Positions 1-9,397 of a stretch of DNA of 64,000 nucleotides are shown here, one piece after another. Numbering within the stretch: the stretch's first letter is position 1; the number at the start of each line of letters is the position of its first letter. Below the pieces are notes generated by a model, which was not told where the DNA came from, did no database searches, and worked only from the letters and a program-made list of their open reading frames with translations. The stretch comes from a bacterium (lineage in GTDB: Bacteria > Patescibacteriota > Patescibacteriia > UBA9570), in assembly GCA_030698395.1 (NCBI GenBank), contig JAUYKW010000027.1, forward strand, positions 3,174 to 67,173, written 5' to 3'. Position numbers and translations under genes: made by a program.

Positions 1-456
1 GCATTTGATGAAAGTGATGAAATTTTAGTCGAAAACTTTATTGATGGCAGAGAATTCACAGTTGGTGTAATTGGCACTCATAATAATATTCAAGTACTAC
101 CAGCAACAGAAATTATTCCAAATGTATCTAAGTTTTATGATTTTGCGGCTAAATATGATGAAGGTGGATCTACACATGTATGCCCAGCAGATTTAGACGA
201 AGAGACCACTGAAACATTACAGCGACTTGGTGAAAGAGCATTTCGAGTTTTAGGAGCTTCTGGAATGATGAGAGTTGATTTTATGTATGATGAATCAGAA
301 AAATTATTTTACTTCATTGAAGCAAATACAATTCCAGGTATGACTAATACGAGTCTACTTCCTGAAGCAGCTGCAGCAGCCGGGATAGAATTTTCTCAAC
401 TTTTAGATAAGTTAATTCAATTTGGTTTCGAGCGTTATCAAGAGGAGCAAGTATAA
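1..456 (+). CDS. ddl: D-alanine--D-alanine ligase, C-terminal fragment (5' end lies outside the window)
   Basis: Frame 1 is open from nt 1. The translation ...GVIGTHNNIQVLPATEIIP...STHVCPADLDEETTETLQRLGERAFRVLGASGMMRVDFMYDE...IEANTIPGMT matches the Ddl ATP-grasp C-terminal domain. Confidence 0.85.
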   Translation, partial: AFDESDEILVENFIDGREFTVGVIGTHNNIQVLPATEIIPNVSKFYDFAAKYDEGGSTHVCPADLDEETTETLQRLGERAFRVLGASGMMRVDFMYDESEKLFYFIEANTIPGMTNTSLLPEAAAAAGIEFSQLLDKLIQFGFERYQEEQV

Positions 457-458
457 AT

Positions 459-1592
459 ATGACCACTCCCCTATCATACATTGAATTGTCTAAAGACAAT
501 TTGTTATCAAATATTAATAATATAAAATCTATATTGCCAAAAAATATAGGACTGGGTTGTGTTGTAAAAGCAAATGCTTATGGCCATGGATATGCCGAAA
601 TTGTTAACATTATAAAATCCCATGTAGATTATTTATTAGTAGATGATTTTTCCGAGTTTAAAAAAATCCGTAATATAACCGATAAACCAATTATCCTTTT
701 AGGTTATGTATCTAAAGACGAATTATTGCAAACTATTGAACTAGATGGCATCTTGGCGGTTTATGATATCGAACGTCTTCCCTTGCTTGATAACCTTGCT
801 CACAGACTTAATAAAAGAGTTAAGATACACATAAAAATTGATGCACACTTAGGCAGACAAGGAATTCTAGTTGATGCTGTAGAAGATTTTATCGTGGAAT
901 TAAAAAAATATAAAAATATAGCTATTGACGGCGTATATGCGCACTTTGCAAACATAGAAGATACATCAGATGTAACTCACGCGGAAAAACAAATTAGTGA
1001 GTACAAAAGAGCAATTGAGATATTTCAAAGAAATGGATATGACAAAATTGAAAGCCACATATCTTCAACATCTGGGATACTAGCATACGAACAAAAATCA
1101 GGATCGTCATCATTAGTAAGATTTGGCATTGGATTATATGGCCTTTGGCCATCAGAAGGATTAAGAAACATTTATGGAAAAAATGGAGTTACACTTAAAC
1201 CTGTCATGCGTTGGATAACTCATGTTGCTCAAGTAAAAACACTGCCAGCAAATTATCCAATTGGATATGGTATTACTTTTGTCACCTCAAAGAAAACAAA
1301 AATTGCCATTATTCCTCAAGGTTATAGCGATGGCTACGATCGTTCATTATCAAACGTAGGTGAAGTACTCATTCATGGCACTAGATGTAGAGTGCTTGGC
1401 AGAGTATCAATGAATATATTTACGGTTGATGTAACACATTTACCGGACATTAAACCAGAAGATGAAGTTGTACTATTAGGCCAACAAGATAATGAAATAA
1501 TTTCAGCTGAAGAAATTGCACAAAAAATAAACACTATCAACTATGAAGTGGTAGCTAGAGTTTCTTGGGATTTGCCGAGGACTATCGTGTAA
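459..1592 (+). CDS. alr: alanine racemase
   Basis: 377 aa. PLP-lysine motif VVKANAYGHGY near the N-terminus. TIM-barrel plus beta C-terminal domain layout. Lies immediately after ddl. Confidence 0.85.
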   Translation: MTTPLSYIELSKDNLLSNINNIKSILPKNIGLGCVVKANAYGHGYAEIVNIIKSHVDYLLVDDFSEFKKIRNITDKPIILLGYVSKDELLQTIELDGILAVYDIERLPLLDNLAHRLNKRVKIHIKIDAHLGRQGILVDAVEDFIVELKKYKNIAIDGVYAHFANIEDTSDVTHAEKQISEYKRAIEIFQRNGYDKIESHISSTSGILAYEQKSGSSSLVRFGIGLYGLWPSEGLRNIYGKNGVTLKPVMRWITHVAQVKTLPANYPIGYGITFVTSKKTKIAIIPQGYSDGYDRSLSNVGEVLIHGTRCRVLGRVSMNIFTVDVTHLPDIKPEDEVVLLGQQDNEIISAEEIAQKINTINYEVVARVSWDLPRTIV

Positions 1593-2216
1593 ATGAGATA
1601 TCTCAAAGAACCCTTAGAAGAAATAACCGAAATTACTGCAAAAATGCAGTATTCTTTACGTAACTACCCAGGGTCAGTAAAACGTCCGTATCTCCGCTCA
1701 GAAGCGAAAAATAGGCTTCTAAAGGCTAATGAATATGCGCAAAAGACATATAATTCATCAATATTGATTTGGGATGCTTACCGCACATCTTTGTGTCAAG
1801 GTTTCTTGTTTTATAATTTCTATTCAACCCTAAAAAAAGATATTTCTAATGGCGCTCAGTTAGTACAGAACACATTAAAATTTGTTGCCTGGCCAGATGA
1901 TTACGCGCCTCATAAGAGCGGTGGAACTATAGACATGACCTTGATTGATATTAATGGAACTCCCCTCCCAATGGGCGGAGAATATGATGAGTTAACTGAA
2001 CGTTCGTTCACAGCTTATTATGAACGAGACAATTTAAGTTCTGCAGAAATAATTTACCGTGACAACCGTAGAAAAATTCAAGACGTAATGTTAAAAGTTG
2101 GTTTCATTAACTATGAAGAAGAATGGTGGCATTTTGAATACAAAACAAGACGCTATGCAAAGATGCACAACGAAACTGAAATATACGGTCCTATTAATGC
2201 AACTCCTAAGCCCTAA
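1593..2216 (+). CDS. ddpX: D-Ala-D-Ala dipeptidase, VanX/DdpX (M15D) family
   Basis: 207 aa. Zn-ligand spacing matches VanX: H-x6-D (HKSGGTID) and E-x-x-H (EWWH). The start codon abuts the alr stop. Confidence 0.65.
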   Translation: MRYLKEPLEEITEITAKMQYSLRNYPGSVKRPYLRSEAKNRLLKANEYAQKTYNSSILIWDAYRTSLCQGFLFYNFYSTLKKDISNGAQLVQNTLKFVAWPDDYAPHKSGGTIDMTLIDINGTPLPMGGEYDELTERSFTAYYERDNLSSAEIIYRDNRRKIQDVMLKVGFINYEEEWWHFEYKTRRYAKMHNETEIYGPINATPKP

Positions 2217-3480
2217 GCTCAGCCAAACCTTTCATGTAAGGATGTAAAACTTGAGGAAGCTTAACACTACCATCAGCTTGCTGGTGGATTTCTAACAAAG
2301 GTATTAACAATCTAGGTGAAGCAGCTAAAGTATTGTTTAAGGTCTGACAAAATTGTGTTTTACCATCATTATCTTTATACCTTAATTGTAAACGTCGCGC
2401 CTGAAAATCTCCCATCCAAGAACACGAGTGAGTTTCACCGTATCCATTTCGCGATGGCATCCATGTTTCAATATCACGTTTATATTTCTGAGGAGCTCCC
2501 ATTTCACCAGTGCATAGCTCCATTACTCGAAATGGTAAATCTAAGGTTTCCATAAATTCCTCAGAATTTTTCATAATTTCTTCAAAAAGCTCCATAGCAA
2601 TCATGTCATCATTCTGACATAATATCACTTGCTCCACCTTATTAAATTGTCGCAACCGATATAAACCTTTAGTATCTTTACCATAACTTCCTACTTCAGT
2701 TCTAAAGCATGGCGTCCAAGCAGTATATTTTTTTGGTAATTCCTCAACAGACAATGTTTCATCAGCGTGATATGCACATAAAGTAATCTCTGATGAACCA
2801 ATTAAATGCTGTTCCTTTTCTTTATCTAATGCACGGAATGTTTCATCTTTCATCCACGGAAAATAACCAGTTCCAAAAAAATAATCTTGATACGTCATCA
2901 ATGGTGTTACAAATTGGGTGAATCCCCTTTCTCGCAAAAAATCCAGCGCATATGTCATTAAAGCTATCTCTAACTGAGCGCCTGCTCCTTTTAGATAATA
3001 TCCTCTCGTTCCGGTAACTTTAACTCCCCTTTCCACATCAATTATTCCTAATTCATTACCTAAAGTTATATGATCTTTTGGTACAAAATCAAATTTTGGT
3101 ATTTCACCTACAGTTTTAATTTCAACATTATCGTTTTCATCTTTACCAACAGGAACCTTTGGATCTGGAATGTTAGGAATGTTTAACATTATTTCTCTAA
3201 ATTCTTGCTCAACTTTTCCAAAGATTCTCTCTAAGTCCTTCACTTCTAAAGCAATCTTTCTCATCAACTTTATTTTATCTCTTTTCAAATCATCAGGAGC
3301 AGTTGCAATTTCTTGATTGGCATTATGCTGCTCTGATTTAAGATCATCAATTCTTTTTTGTAATTTTCTCCTTTCAGCATCTACATCTAACAACTCCGTT
3401 ATGGAAACCTCAATATTCTTCTGCTCTGCAGCTTGTTTAACTAATTCAATATTTTCTCGAATAAATTTAATATCTAACAT
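2206..3480 (-). CDS. serS: seryl-tRNA synthetase
   Basis: 424 aa. N-terminal coiled coil, then class II core (FRTEVGSYGKDTKGLYRLRQFNKVE motif 2, GxGxG motif 3 region). Confidence 0.9.
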   Translation of the reverse strand: MLDIKFIRENIELVKQAAEQKNIEVSITELLDVDAERRKLQKRIDDLKSEQHNANQEIATAPDDLKRDKIKLMRKIALEVKDLERIFGKVEQEFREIMLNIPNIPDPKVPVGKDENDNVEIKTVGEIPKFDFVPKDHITLGNELGIIDVERGVKVTGTRGYYLKGAGAQLEIALMTYALDFLRERGFTQFVTPLMTYQDYFFGTGYFPWMKDETFRALDKEKEQHLIGSSEITLCAYHADETLSVEELPKKYTAWTPCFRTEVGSYGKDTKGLYRLRQFNKVEQVILCQNDDMIAMELFEEIMKNSEEFMETLDLPFRVMELCTGEMGAPQKYKRDIETWMPSRNGYGETHSCSWMGDFQARRLQLRYKDNDGKTQFCQTLNNTLAASPRLLIPLLEIHQQADGSVKLPQVLHPYMKGLAELRA

Positions 3481-3490
3481 AGGAGTAATT

Positions 3491-5566
3491 TTAGGCTAAT
3501 TCTAGATCCTCAGCAATGCCCTGCATCGCCTCTAAACATAATTCAATCGCCTGATCCAAATTAATTCCCAACATTTCATCACATTTTTTTATCATGTCTC
3601 GTTCAACACCTTTGGCAAATGATTTATCTTTAAATTTCTTCTTAATACTTTTAACTTCTACTGATGCAATTTTTTTGTCTGGCCTCACTAAAGTTGACGC
3701 TATTATTAAACCTGTTAGCTGCTCTAAACACTGTAAATTTTTAGACATGATAGTTTTAGCCTCGATACCATGGTGTTGATTATGTTCCCTGACAGCATCT
3801 ACAACAGCATCATGAACACCTTTCTTTTTTAACATTTCCGCACCTACTAAACTGTGTTCTTTTAATTCAACATCCTCATAATCAATATCATGTAATAATC
3901 CAGCTATACCCCATGCTTCAGGTGATTGTGCAGAAAAATGTTCAGCCATTTTCACCATCAATGCCTCTGTTGCCAACATATGTTTTCTTAAGTTTTCATC
4001 AGTAACCTCCTGAAACATATAATCTTTAGCATCAGCTCGTGATATTCCAGCGTCGAATTTCTGCAATGTGATGTCATTAGATATAACTACACTAGATTGA
4101 ACAGTCTCTTCGTTTATAATATGTTTAGGCCGCATCAATGGGAACATGACACATTCTTTAATAGGCTTGTCCATTAAAAATGAAAATAGCCTTTCACTTA
4201 CTCCAAATCCCGAAGTCGGAGGCATACCAACTTCCAACGCTTCTACAAAATCTTCATCATGCATTTGGGCTTCTGCATCACCAGCATCTCTTAGTTTAGC
4301 TTGTTCGTTAAACCGTGCTCGCTGATCAATCGGATCATTCAACTCTGTATAGCCGTTTCCAAGCTCACTTCCAGCAATCAACACTTGATACCTCTCTACT
4401 AATCTAGGATCATCAGCTTTACGTTTCGCTAAAGGAGAAACTTCCACTGGATGATTTACTAAAAATACTGGGCCGACAATACTTTTTCTACAATTCTTCA
4501 TTAAAGCATCAATTAATCTACCTCTTCCTACATCAGCCGAAATATCTATCTTATTTTTTTTACAAACACTCAATATCTCTTCATCAGTAGCATCTAAAAT
4601 ATCAATTTCTAATTGATCCTTAATAATTGTTGTGTAATCTACTTCTTGCCATTCTTGATCTAGATTTACATCGTTACCTTTTATTGAAAAACTCAATGTA
4701 CCAAACGCTTCATTAATTGCATATTTGTACATACGTTCAACTAACTTCATGCTGTCACGATAATTTGCATACGCCCAATAGAATTCCATTTGGGTATAAT
4801 CCTGTAAATGCTCTGGACTCATTCCTTCATTTCTAAATTGTCTGCCAATTTCAAATGTTTTTTCAAAACCACCCACCATCAATCTCTTCTGCCACAGCTC
4901 ACCCATAGATATTCGTAAATATAGGTCAATGTCCAAAGCATTGTGATGCGTTTTAAACGGCTCAGCATCAGCGCCTCCTGGCGTTACCTCCAACACTGGT
5001 GTTTCAACTTCTAAAAAATCTTCTTTTAGTAAGAAGCTTCTAATTGCATTCCAAAAAATACTCTTTTTTACAAACATCCCTCGTAGTTCTGGGTTCATCA
5101 GCATATCCACGTATCGTTTTCGATACCTCAACTCCTCATCCTGAATACCATGCCACTTATCGGGCAAAGGCTGTAATGCCTTACTTAACATTGTAATATC
5201 ACTAACAAGAATTGACTGTTCACCCTTTTTTGTAATGAACACTTTTCCCGTAACCTCGACAATATCACCAACGTCAAAAATTCTTAACTGCTTGTATTTA
5301 TCACCAAAATCTTCTTTGGCTAATGCAATTTGAATTTTTCCAGAAAAATCCTCTAATTGTGCAAATGACAGCTTGCCATGATCTCTAAGAAATCTAATTC
5401 TGCCACAAACTATAACTTCCTGATCATCGAGTTTATCAAAATTACTAAACACATCGTCCACCGTGTGGGTTCGATTACTTTCCGAAGGATAAGGATTTCC
5501 TATATCCGACAAGTATTCATTGTGTTTTTGAATACGAACTTCTTTTTCAGATTGATGATCTGTCAT
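3491..5566 (-). CDS. lysS: lysyl-tRNA synthetase (class II) fused to a C-terminal YqeK-like HD-domain hydrolase
   Basis: 691 aa. Residues 1 to about 495 carry the OB-fold anticodon domain and class II core, ending with the motif 3 region GFGVSERLFSFLMD...VMFPLMRP. The last ~195 aa carry H...AGLLHDIDYE...H..VGAEML...GVHDAVVDAVREHNQHHG, which matches the YqeK/HDIG signature (AGLLHDIGK; AIRYHTSG). Confidence 0.85.
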   Translation of the reverse strand: MTDHQSEKEVRIQKHNEYLSDIGNPYPSESNRTHTVDDVFSNFDKLDDQEVIVCGRIRFLRDHGKLSFAQLEDFSGKIQIALAKEDFGDKYKQLRIFDVGDIVEVTGKVFITKKGEQSILVSDITMLSKALQPLPDKWHGIQDEELRYRKRYVDMLMNPELRGMFVKKSIFWNAIRSFLLKEDFLEVETPVLEVTPGGADAEPFKTHHNALDIDLYLRISMGELWQKRLMVGGFEKTFEIGRQFRNEGMSPEHLQDYTQMEFYWAYANYRDSMKLVERMYKYAINEAFGTLSFSIKGNDVNLDQEWQEVDYTTIIKDQLEIDILDATDEEILSVCKKNKIDISADVGRGRLIDALMKNCRKSIVGPVFLVNHPVEVSPLAKRKADDPRLVERYQVLIAGSELGNGYTELNDPIDQRARFNEQAKLRDAGDAEAQMHDEDFVEALEVGMPPTSGFGVSERLFSFLMDKPIKECVMFPLMRPKHIINEETVQSSVVISNDITLQKFDAGISRADAKDYMFQEVTDENLRKHMLATEALMVKMAEHFSAQSPEAWGIAGLLHDIDYEDVELKEHSLVGAEMLKKKGVHDAVVDAVREHNQHHGIEAKTIMSKNLQCLEQLTGLIIASTLVRPDKKIASVEVKSIKKKFKDKSFAKGVERDMIKKCDEMLGINLDQAIELCLEAMQGIAEDLELA

Positions 5567-5572
5567 GAAAAT

Positions 5573-6040
5573 CTATGAAATCTTTTTTACTGTAAAATTT
5601 GTAACTCCTTTTGGAACTTTTATCTCAACAACATCTCCAACTTTACTACCTAACAAAGCTGCTCCCATTGGAGATTGATTTGAAATCTTACCGTCTATAG
5701 GATTGGCTTCATTGGAACCAACAATTTTAAAAACTTGAACTACACCTTCATTGTTCTCAGCATCAACAGTAGAACCAATTACAACCACACTTGATGTTGT
5801 TGGTTTTTCTATAATTTTTGCATTTCTAGCCTGTTCTTCCATATCAATAATTCTGGATTCAAGTAATCCCTGAGCTTCTTTGGCATCGCTATATTCTGCG
5901 TTCTCTGATAAATCTCCTAATTCTTTTGCACTTGCTATTCTACCAGCTATATCTTTACGCTCAGTTGTTTTTGCATATTCAATATCTCTTTTTAGCTTCT
6001 CTAAACCTTCTTCTGTTACATAAAAAGTCTTATCTTCCAT
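5573..6040 (-). CDS. greA: transcription elongation factor GreA
   Basis: 155 aa. N-terminal coiled coil with the conserved acidic tip (GDLSENAEY) and a C-terminal FKBP-like domain. Confidence 0.9.
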   Translation of the reverse strand: MEDKTFYVTEEGLEKLKRDIEYAKTTERKDIAGRIASAKELGDLSENAEYSDAKEAQGLLESRIIDMEEQARNAKIIEKPTTSSVVVIGSTVDAENNEGVVQVFKIVGSNEANPIDGKISNQSPMGAALLGSKVGDVVEIKVPKGVTNFTVKKIS

Positions 6041-6124
6041 GATCTTAAGTTATGAATAAATTTATTAATAATGCGTAGTATTCTAGTATAACTTATACGT
6101 ACTGTCAATCTTTTTTAAGTAATT

Positions 6125-8086
6125 TTACGGCTTATTTGAAAAATACTCCTCCAATACTCGTACAGCTATTGGCAATGCTGATTCTGTACCTTCCCCACCT
6201 TCCTCGACTAGCACAGTTAAGACTATTTCTGGATCATCATAAGGAGCAAATGAAGTAAACCAAGAATGAGTTTTGTCAGTTCCTCCTACCTGTGCTGTTC
6301 CAGTTTTACCTGCAACTGCCACAGAAAGAGAATTCATTCTTTTTGCACTTCCAGAAGTCACCGCTTGTCTCATTCCTTCACGTACCAACTGTACATTGTA
6401 TGAATTTATAAAACCACTATTCTTTACTTCACTTTCAATAAGATAATCAACATCTCCGGCCTGACTTTTTATTTGATCTACTAAACGTGGCTTATAAAGT
6501 GTTCCGCCATTTGCTATTACAGATGTAAATAATGCAACTTGCAAAGGTGTAACTAAAACGTCACCTTGGCCAATAGAAGTATTATAAGTATCACCAATGT
6601 ACCATGGTTCACCTTTCACGGTCTCCTTCCACTCTTTAGTTGGTAAGAAACCCGCAGCTTCCGCGGGTAAATCAATACCAGTAATGTCACTTAAACCAAA
6701 CTTGCTGGCATATTCATTTATTTTATCAATGCCCAAGCCACCCTCAATTTCTCTAGTTTCCTCATTGTATACACCACCACCTGCTAAATAGAAATATGTA
6801 TTTACAGATTCTGCCAATGCTTTTCTAACATCTGTTTGGCCATGACCTCCGGATTTCCAATCAGGGAAGAACCATTTATTTATTTGCACTCCGCCATTAC
6901 TTAAGACTGTCGTGTTAGCATCTACAACTCCTTCTTCTAATGCAGCTGCAGCTACAACTAATTTAAAAGTTGAACCAGACGGATATTCACCCATAACTGC
7001 TTTGTTAAAAAGTGGTTTGCGCTCATCATTGATGAGAGTCTGATAATCTTCATTATTTATACCTTTTATAAAAGAATTAAGATCGTATCCTGGAAAACTA
7101 ACTAAGGCTAAAATCTCTCCATTTTTGGGATTAATTGCAACTGCTGCACCACCTGGACTACCTATGTCTCGTGATGTTTCAGCTAAAGCGTCATATAAAG
7201 ATTTCTGCAATGCTACATCAATGGACAGGTCCAAATTACTACCAGGCAAAGGATCTTCTCTAGCAATTACTTCTATCTCGTTACCCAATGCATTAACTTC
7301 AACTTGTTTCTTGCCCTTCTTTCCTTTTAAGGGATTTTCATAAATATCTTCCAAACCATTTTTTCCTATCATATCTGAAAGTAAATAATCACCATCATCT
7401 ATTTTCTCAATATCACTCTCCCCAACTTTTCCAATATATCCCATAACATGAGATAGCTCTTCCGAATAAATGTATTCTCGTGATGCTTGAACCTCAACTT
7501 CAACTCCTGGTAAATTGCTTACTCGAGTTGAAAATGTTAAAGCCTTCTCATATGGCAGAAATTCTTCCAACACAAGAGGTTGCGCATATAATTTCTCTGC
7601 ATGCTCACTAACCTGCTTTTCTAGATCTGCTACAGACATTTCTAAAATATTAGCCGTTTGCTGTAACGTCTCATTATATAAATCTTTACTTTTTGGTAAA
7701 TTACTTGGAGTTATTGTAATAATGAAGTTTGGAATGTTTTTTACTAATTGTTCTCCATTTTTATCGTAAATAATTCCTCTAGATGCCGATAAATAATTAA
7801 TTCTAATTCTGTTGCCGTCCGCGATATCACGATAATCAGCACCCATCGCAATTTGTAAATAGGATACCCTAAATAATAGTACTGCCAAGCCAAAAGCAAA
7901 CACATACAATAGTCCTCGGACTCTGTTATGAGTGATTGCATCAGATAAAAATTCAGGAGTTTCAGTTTTATTTGGAATATCTACGTCAGCAACAACCTGA
8001 CCTTTATAACTAGAGGAAATTTTTTTATCCTTAATTGATTTATCAATAAATGGTGAAAATATATCGGACATACTAAATGAATACAA
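6125..8086 (-). CDS. mrdA: penicillin-binding protein 2 (class B transpeptidase)
   Basis: 653 aa. N-terminal TM, dimerisation domain, transpeptidase motifs STFK (SxxK), SVN and KTGT. Lies directly downstream of mreBCD. Confidence 0.8.
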   Translation of the reverse strand: MYSFSMSDIFSPFIDKSIKDKKISSSYKGQVVADVDIPNKTETPEFLSDAITHNRVRGLLYVFAFGLAVLLFRVSYLQIAMGADYRDIADGNRIRINYLSASRGIIYDKNGEQLVKNIPNFIITITPSNLPKSKDLYNETLQQTANILEMSVADLEKQVSEHAEKLYAQPLVLEEFLPYEKALTFSTRVSNLPGVEVEVQASREYIYSEELSHVMGYIGKVGESDIEKIDDGDYLLSDMIGKNGLEDIYENPLKGKKGKKQVEVNALGNEIEVIAREDPLPGSNLDLSIDVALQKSLYDALAETSRDIGSPGGAAVAINPKNGEILALVSFPGYDLNSFIKGINNEDYQTLINDERKPLFNKAVMGEYPSGSTFKLVVAAAALEEGVVDANTTVLSNGGVQINKWFFPDWKSGGHGQTDVRKALAESVNTYFYLAGGGVYNEETREIEGGLGIDKINEYASKFGLSDITGIDLPAEAAGFLPTKEWKETVKGEPWYIGDTYNTSIGQGDVLVTPLQVALFTSVIANGGTLYKPRLVDQIKSQAGDVDYLIESEVKNSGFINSYNVQLVREGMRQAVTSGSAKRMNSLSVAVAGKTGTAQVGGTDKTHSWFTSFAPYDDPEIVLTVLVEEGGEGTESALPIAVRVLEEYFSNKP

Positions 8087-8582
8087 ACCTCTGAAAAGCT
8101 GAAAAGAAACTCATAATAATATTTATAAAAATACATTGCAAAAAGATCCCTACCGATAAACTCAGTACCGAAACCACTGACATTGGATTAATGCCTATTA
8201 TTCCTAAGAAAAACAATCCATAATGAGCAATAGATAATACCCCAAAAACAGACATCAAACTTAAAGCACTAATAAAACTAATGGCCAATACTGATGTTTG
8301 TTTAACCCAAGTATCTCTTAAAAAATTAACTGCGATCACCAGCAATAAAGCAGCTATCATATAACTACCAAAAATAGTTGGACTAAAAATATCTAGAAAA
8401 AAACCTTGAATTATCCCCCAAATCAAAGCTTGCTTAAATTGTAATGCAAATGAAAAACTTATAATGTTAATCATTCCAAAACTTAACGTAAAGGCAAATA
8501 ATGAAATTGGTAATAAAACTGATATATCAATAACAGTTGCAAAAACCACGAAAACTATAATGAAGTAATGTTTTTTGCTCAT
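8073..8582 (-). CDS. mreD: rod shape-determining protein MreD (polytopic membrane protein)
   Basis: 169 aa, about 5 TM helices, located between mreC and pbp2. Assigned from synteny and hydrophobicity only. Confidence 0.5.
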   Translation of the reverse strand: MSKKHYFIIVFVVFATVIDISVLLPISLFAFTLSFGMINIISFSFALQFKQALIWGIIQGFFLDIFSPTIFGSYMIAALLLVIAVNFLRDTWVKQTSVLAISFISALSLMSVFGVLSIAHYGLFFLGIIGINPMSVVSVLSLSVGIFLQCIFINIIMSFFSAFQRFVFI

Positions 8583-8585
8583 AAA

Positions 8586-9389
8586 TTAATTAGGAATTAC
8601 TACGGATACAATTGAATTGGAACTATATCTTACTAATGGAGTAATTTTTGCTGTTTTAAATAGCTCACTTGCTTCATCATCTACGCTTTGAACAGTTCCT
8701 ATAATTAACCCTTGTGGTACATCTTTATCTTGTCCATTTGTAATTACAATACCTCCTACGTCTATCGGATTTTCTCTAAGAATATACTCCATTGCTAATC
8801 CTGTGCTAAATTCCCCATGCACTAATCCAGGAGTTCTGGCATCATTTTGTATCATGCCTTGTAATTGAATCAGATTACTAGTAATCAACGCTATCTCTGA
8901 ACGTTCTTCTTCAGTGGCGTAAACTATTCCTATTACTGCGCCTTCATTATATAAAACTGGATATCCCGTTTTTACTCCAGCAGATTCACCTTGGTTGATT
9001 GTTATAAGTTGGGTAGTTGTTCCTTGTCCAACTCTTGAAATAATTTTGGCTGGCAACATATTGAACTCGCTCTCATTAACAAATTTCAACTGATTCTCAT
9101 ATTCCTGATATTGGCTTAACTTGGTAGTCGCCTCACTATTTTGTAATGATAACTCAATGAGCTGATCTTTTAACCTACTGTTTTCTTCAATAATTGAAGA
9201 TTCATCTGTAGCAAAAGTTTTTGCATATGAATCGACATTACGAAACAAAACGCTTTGCACCGGCTGTAAAATATATGAAAAACCTTTTTCTAAAGGTTTT
9301 AAAATTCTAATATTATAAAAAAGTATCAACAGGAATATTATAATAACTGTGACTGATATCAAGCGAATGTGCTGACGTATAAAATTCAT
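8586..9389 (-). CDS. mreC: rod shape-determining protein MreC
   Basis: 267 aa. N-terminal TM, coiled coil, C-terminal beta-rich domain. Located directly downstream of mreB. Confidence 0.7.
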   Translation of the reverse strand: MNFIRQHIRLISVTVIIIFLLILFYNIRILKPLEKGFSYILQPVQSVLFRNVDSYAKTFATDESSIIEENSRLKDQLIELSLQNSEATTKLSQYQEYENQLKFVNESEFNMLPAKIISRVGQGTTTQLITINQGESAGVKTGYPVLYNEGAVIGIVYATEEERSEIALITSNLIQLQGMIQNDARTPGLVHGEFSTGLAMEYILRENPIDVGGIVITNGQDKDVPQGLIIGTVQSVDDEASELFKTAKITPLVRYSSNSIVSVVIPN

Positions 9390-9397
9390 AGAATAAC

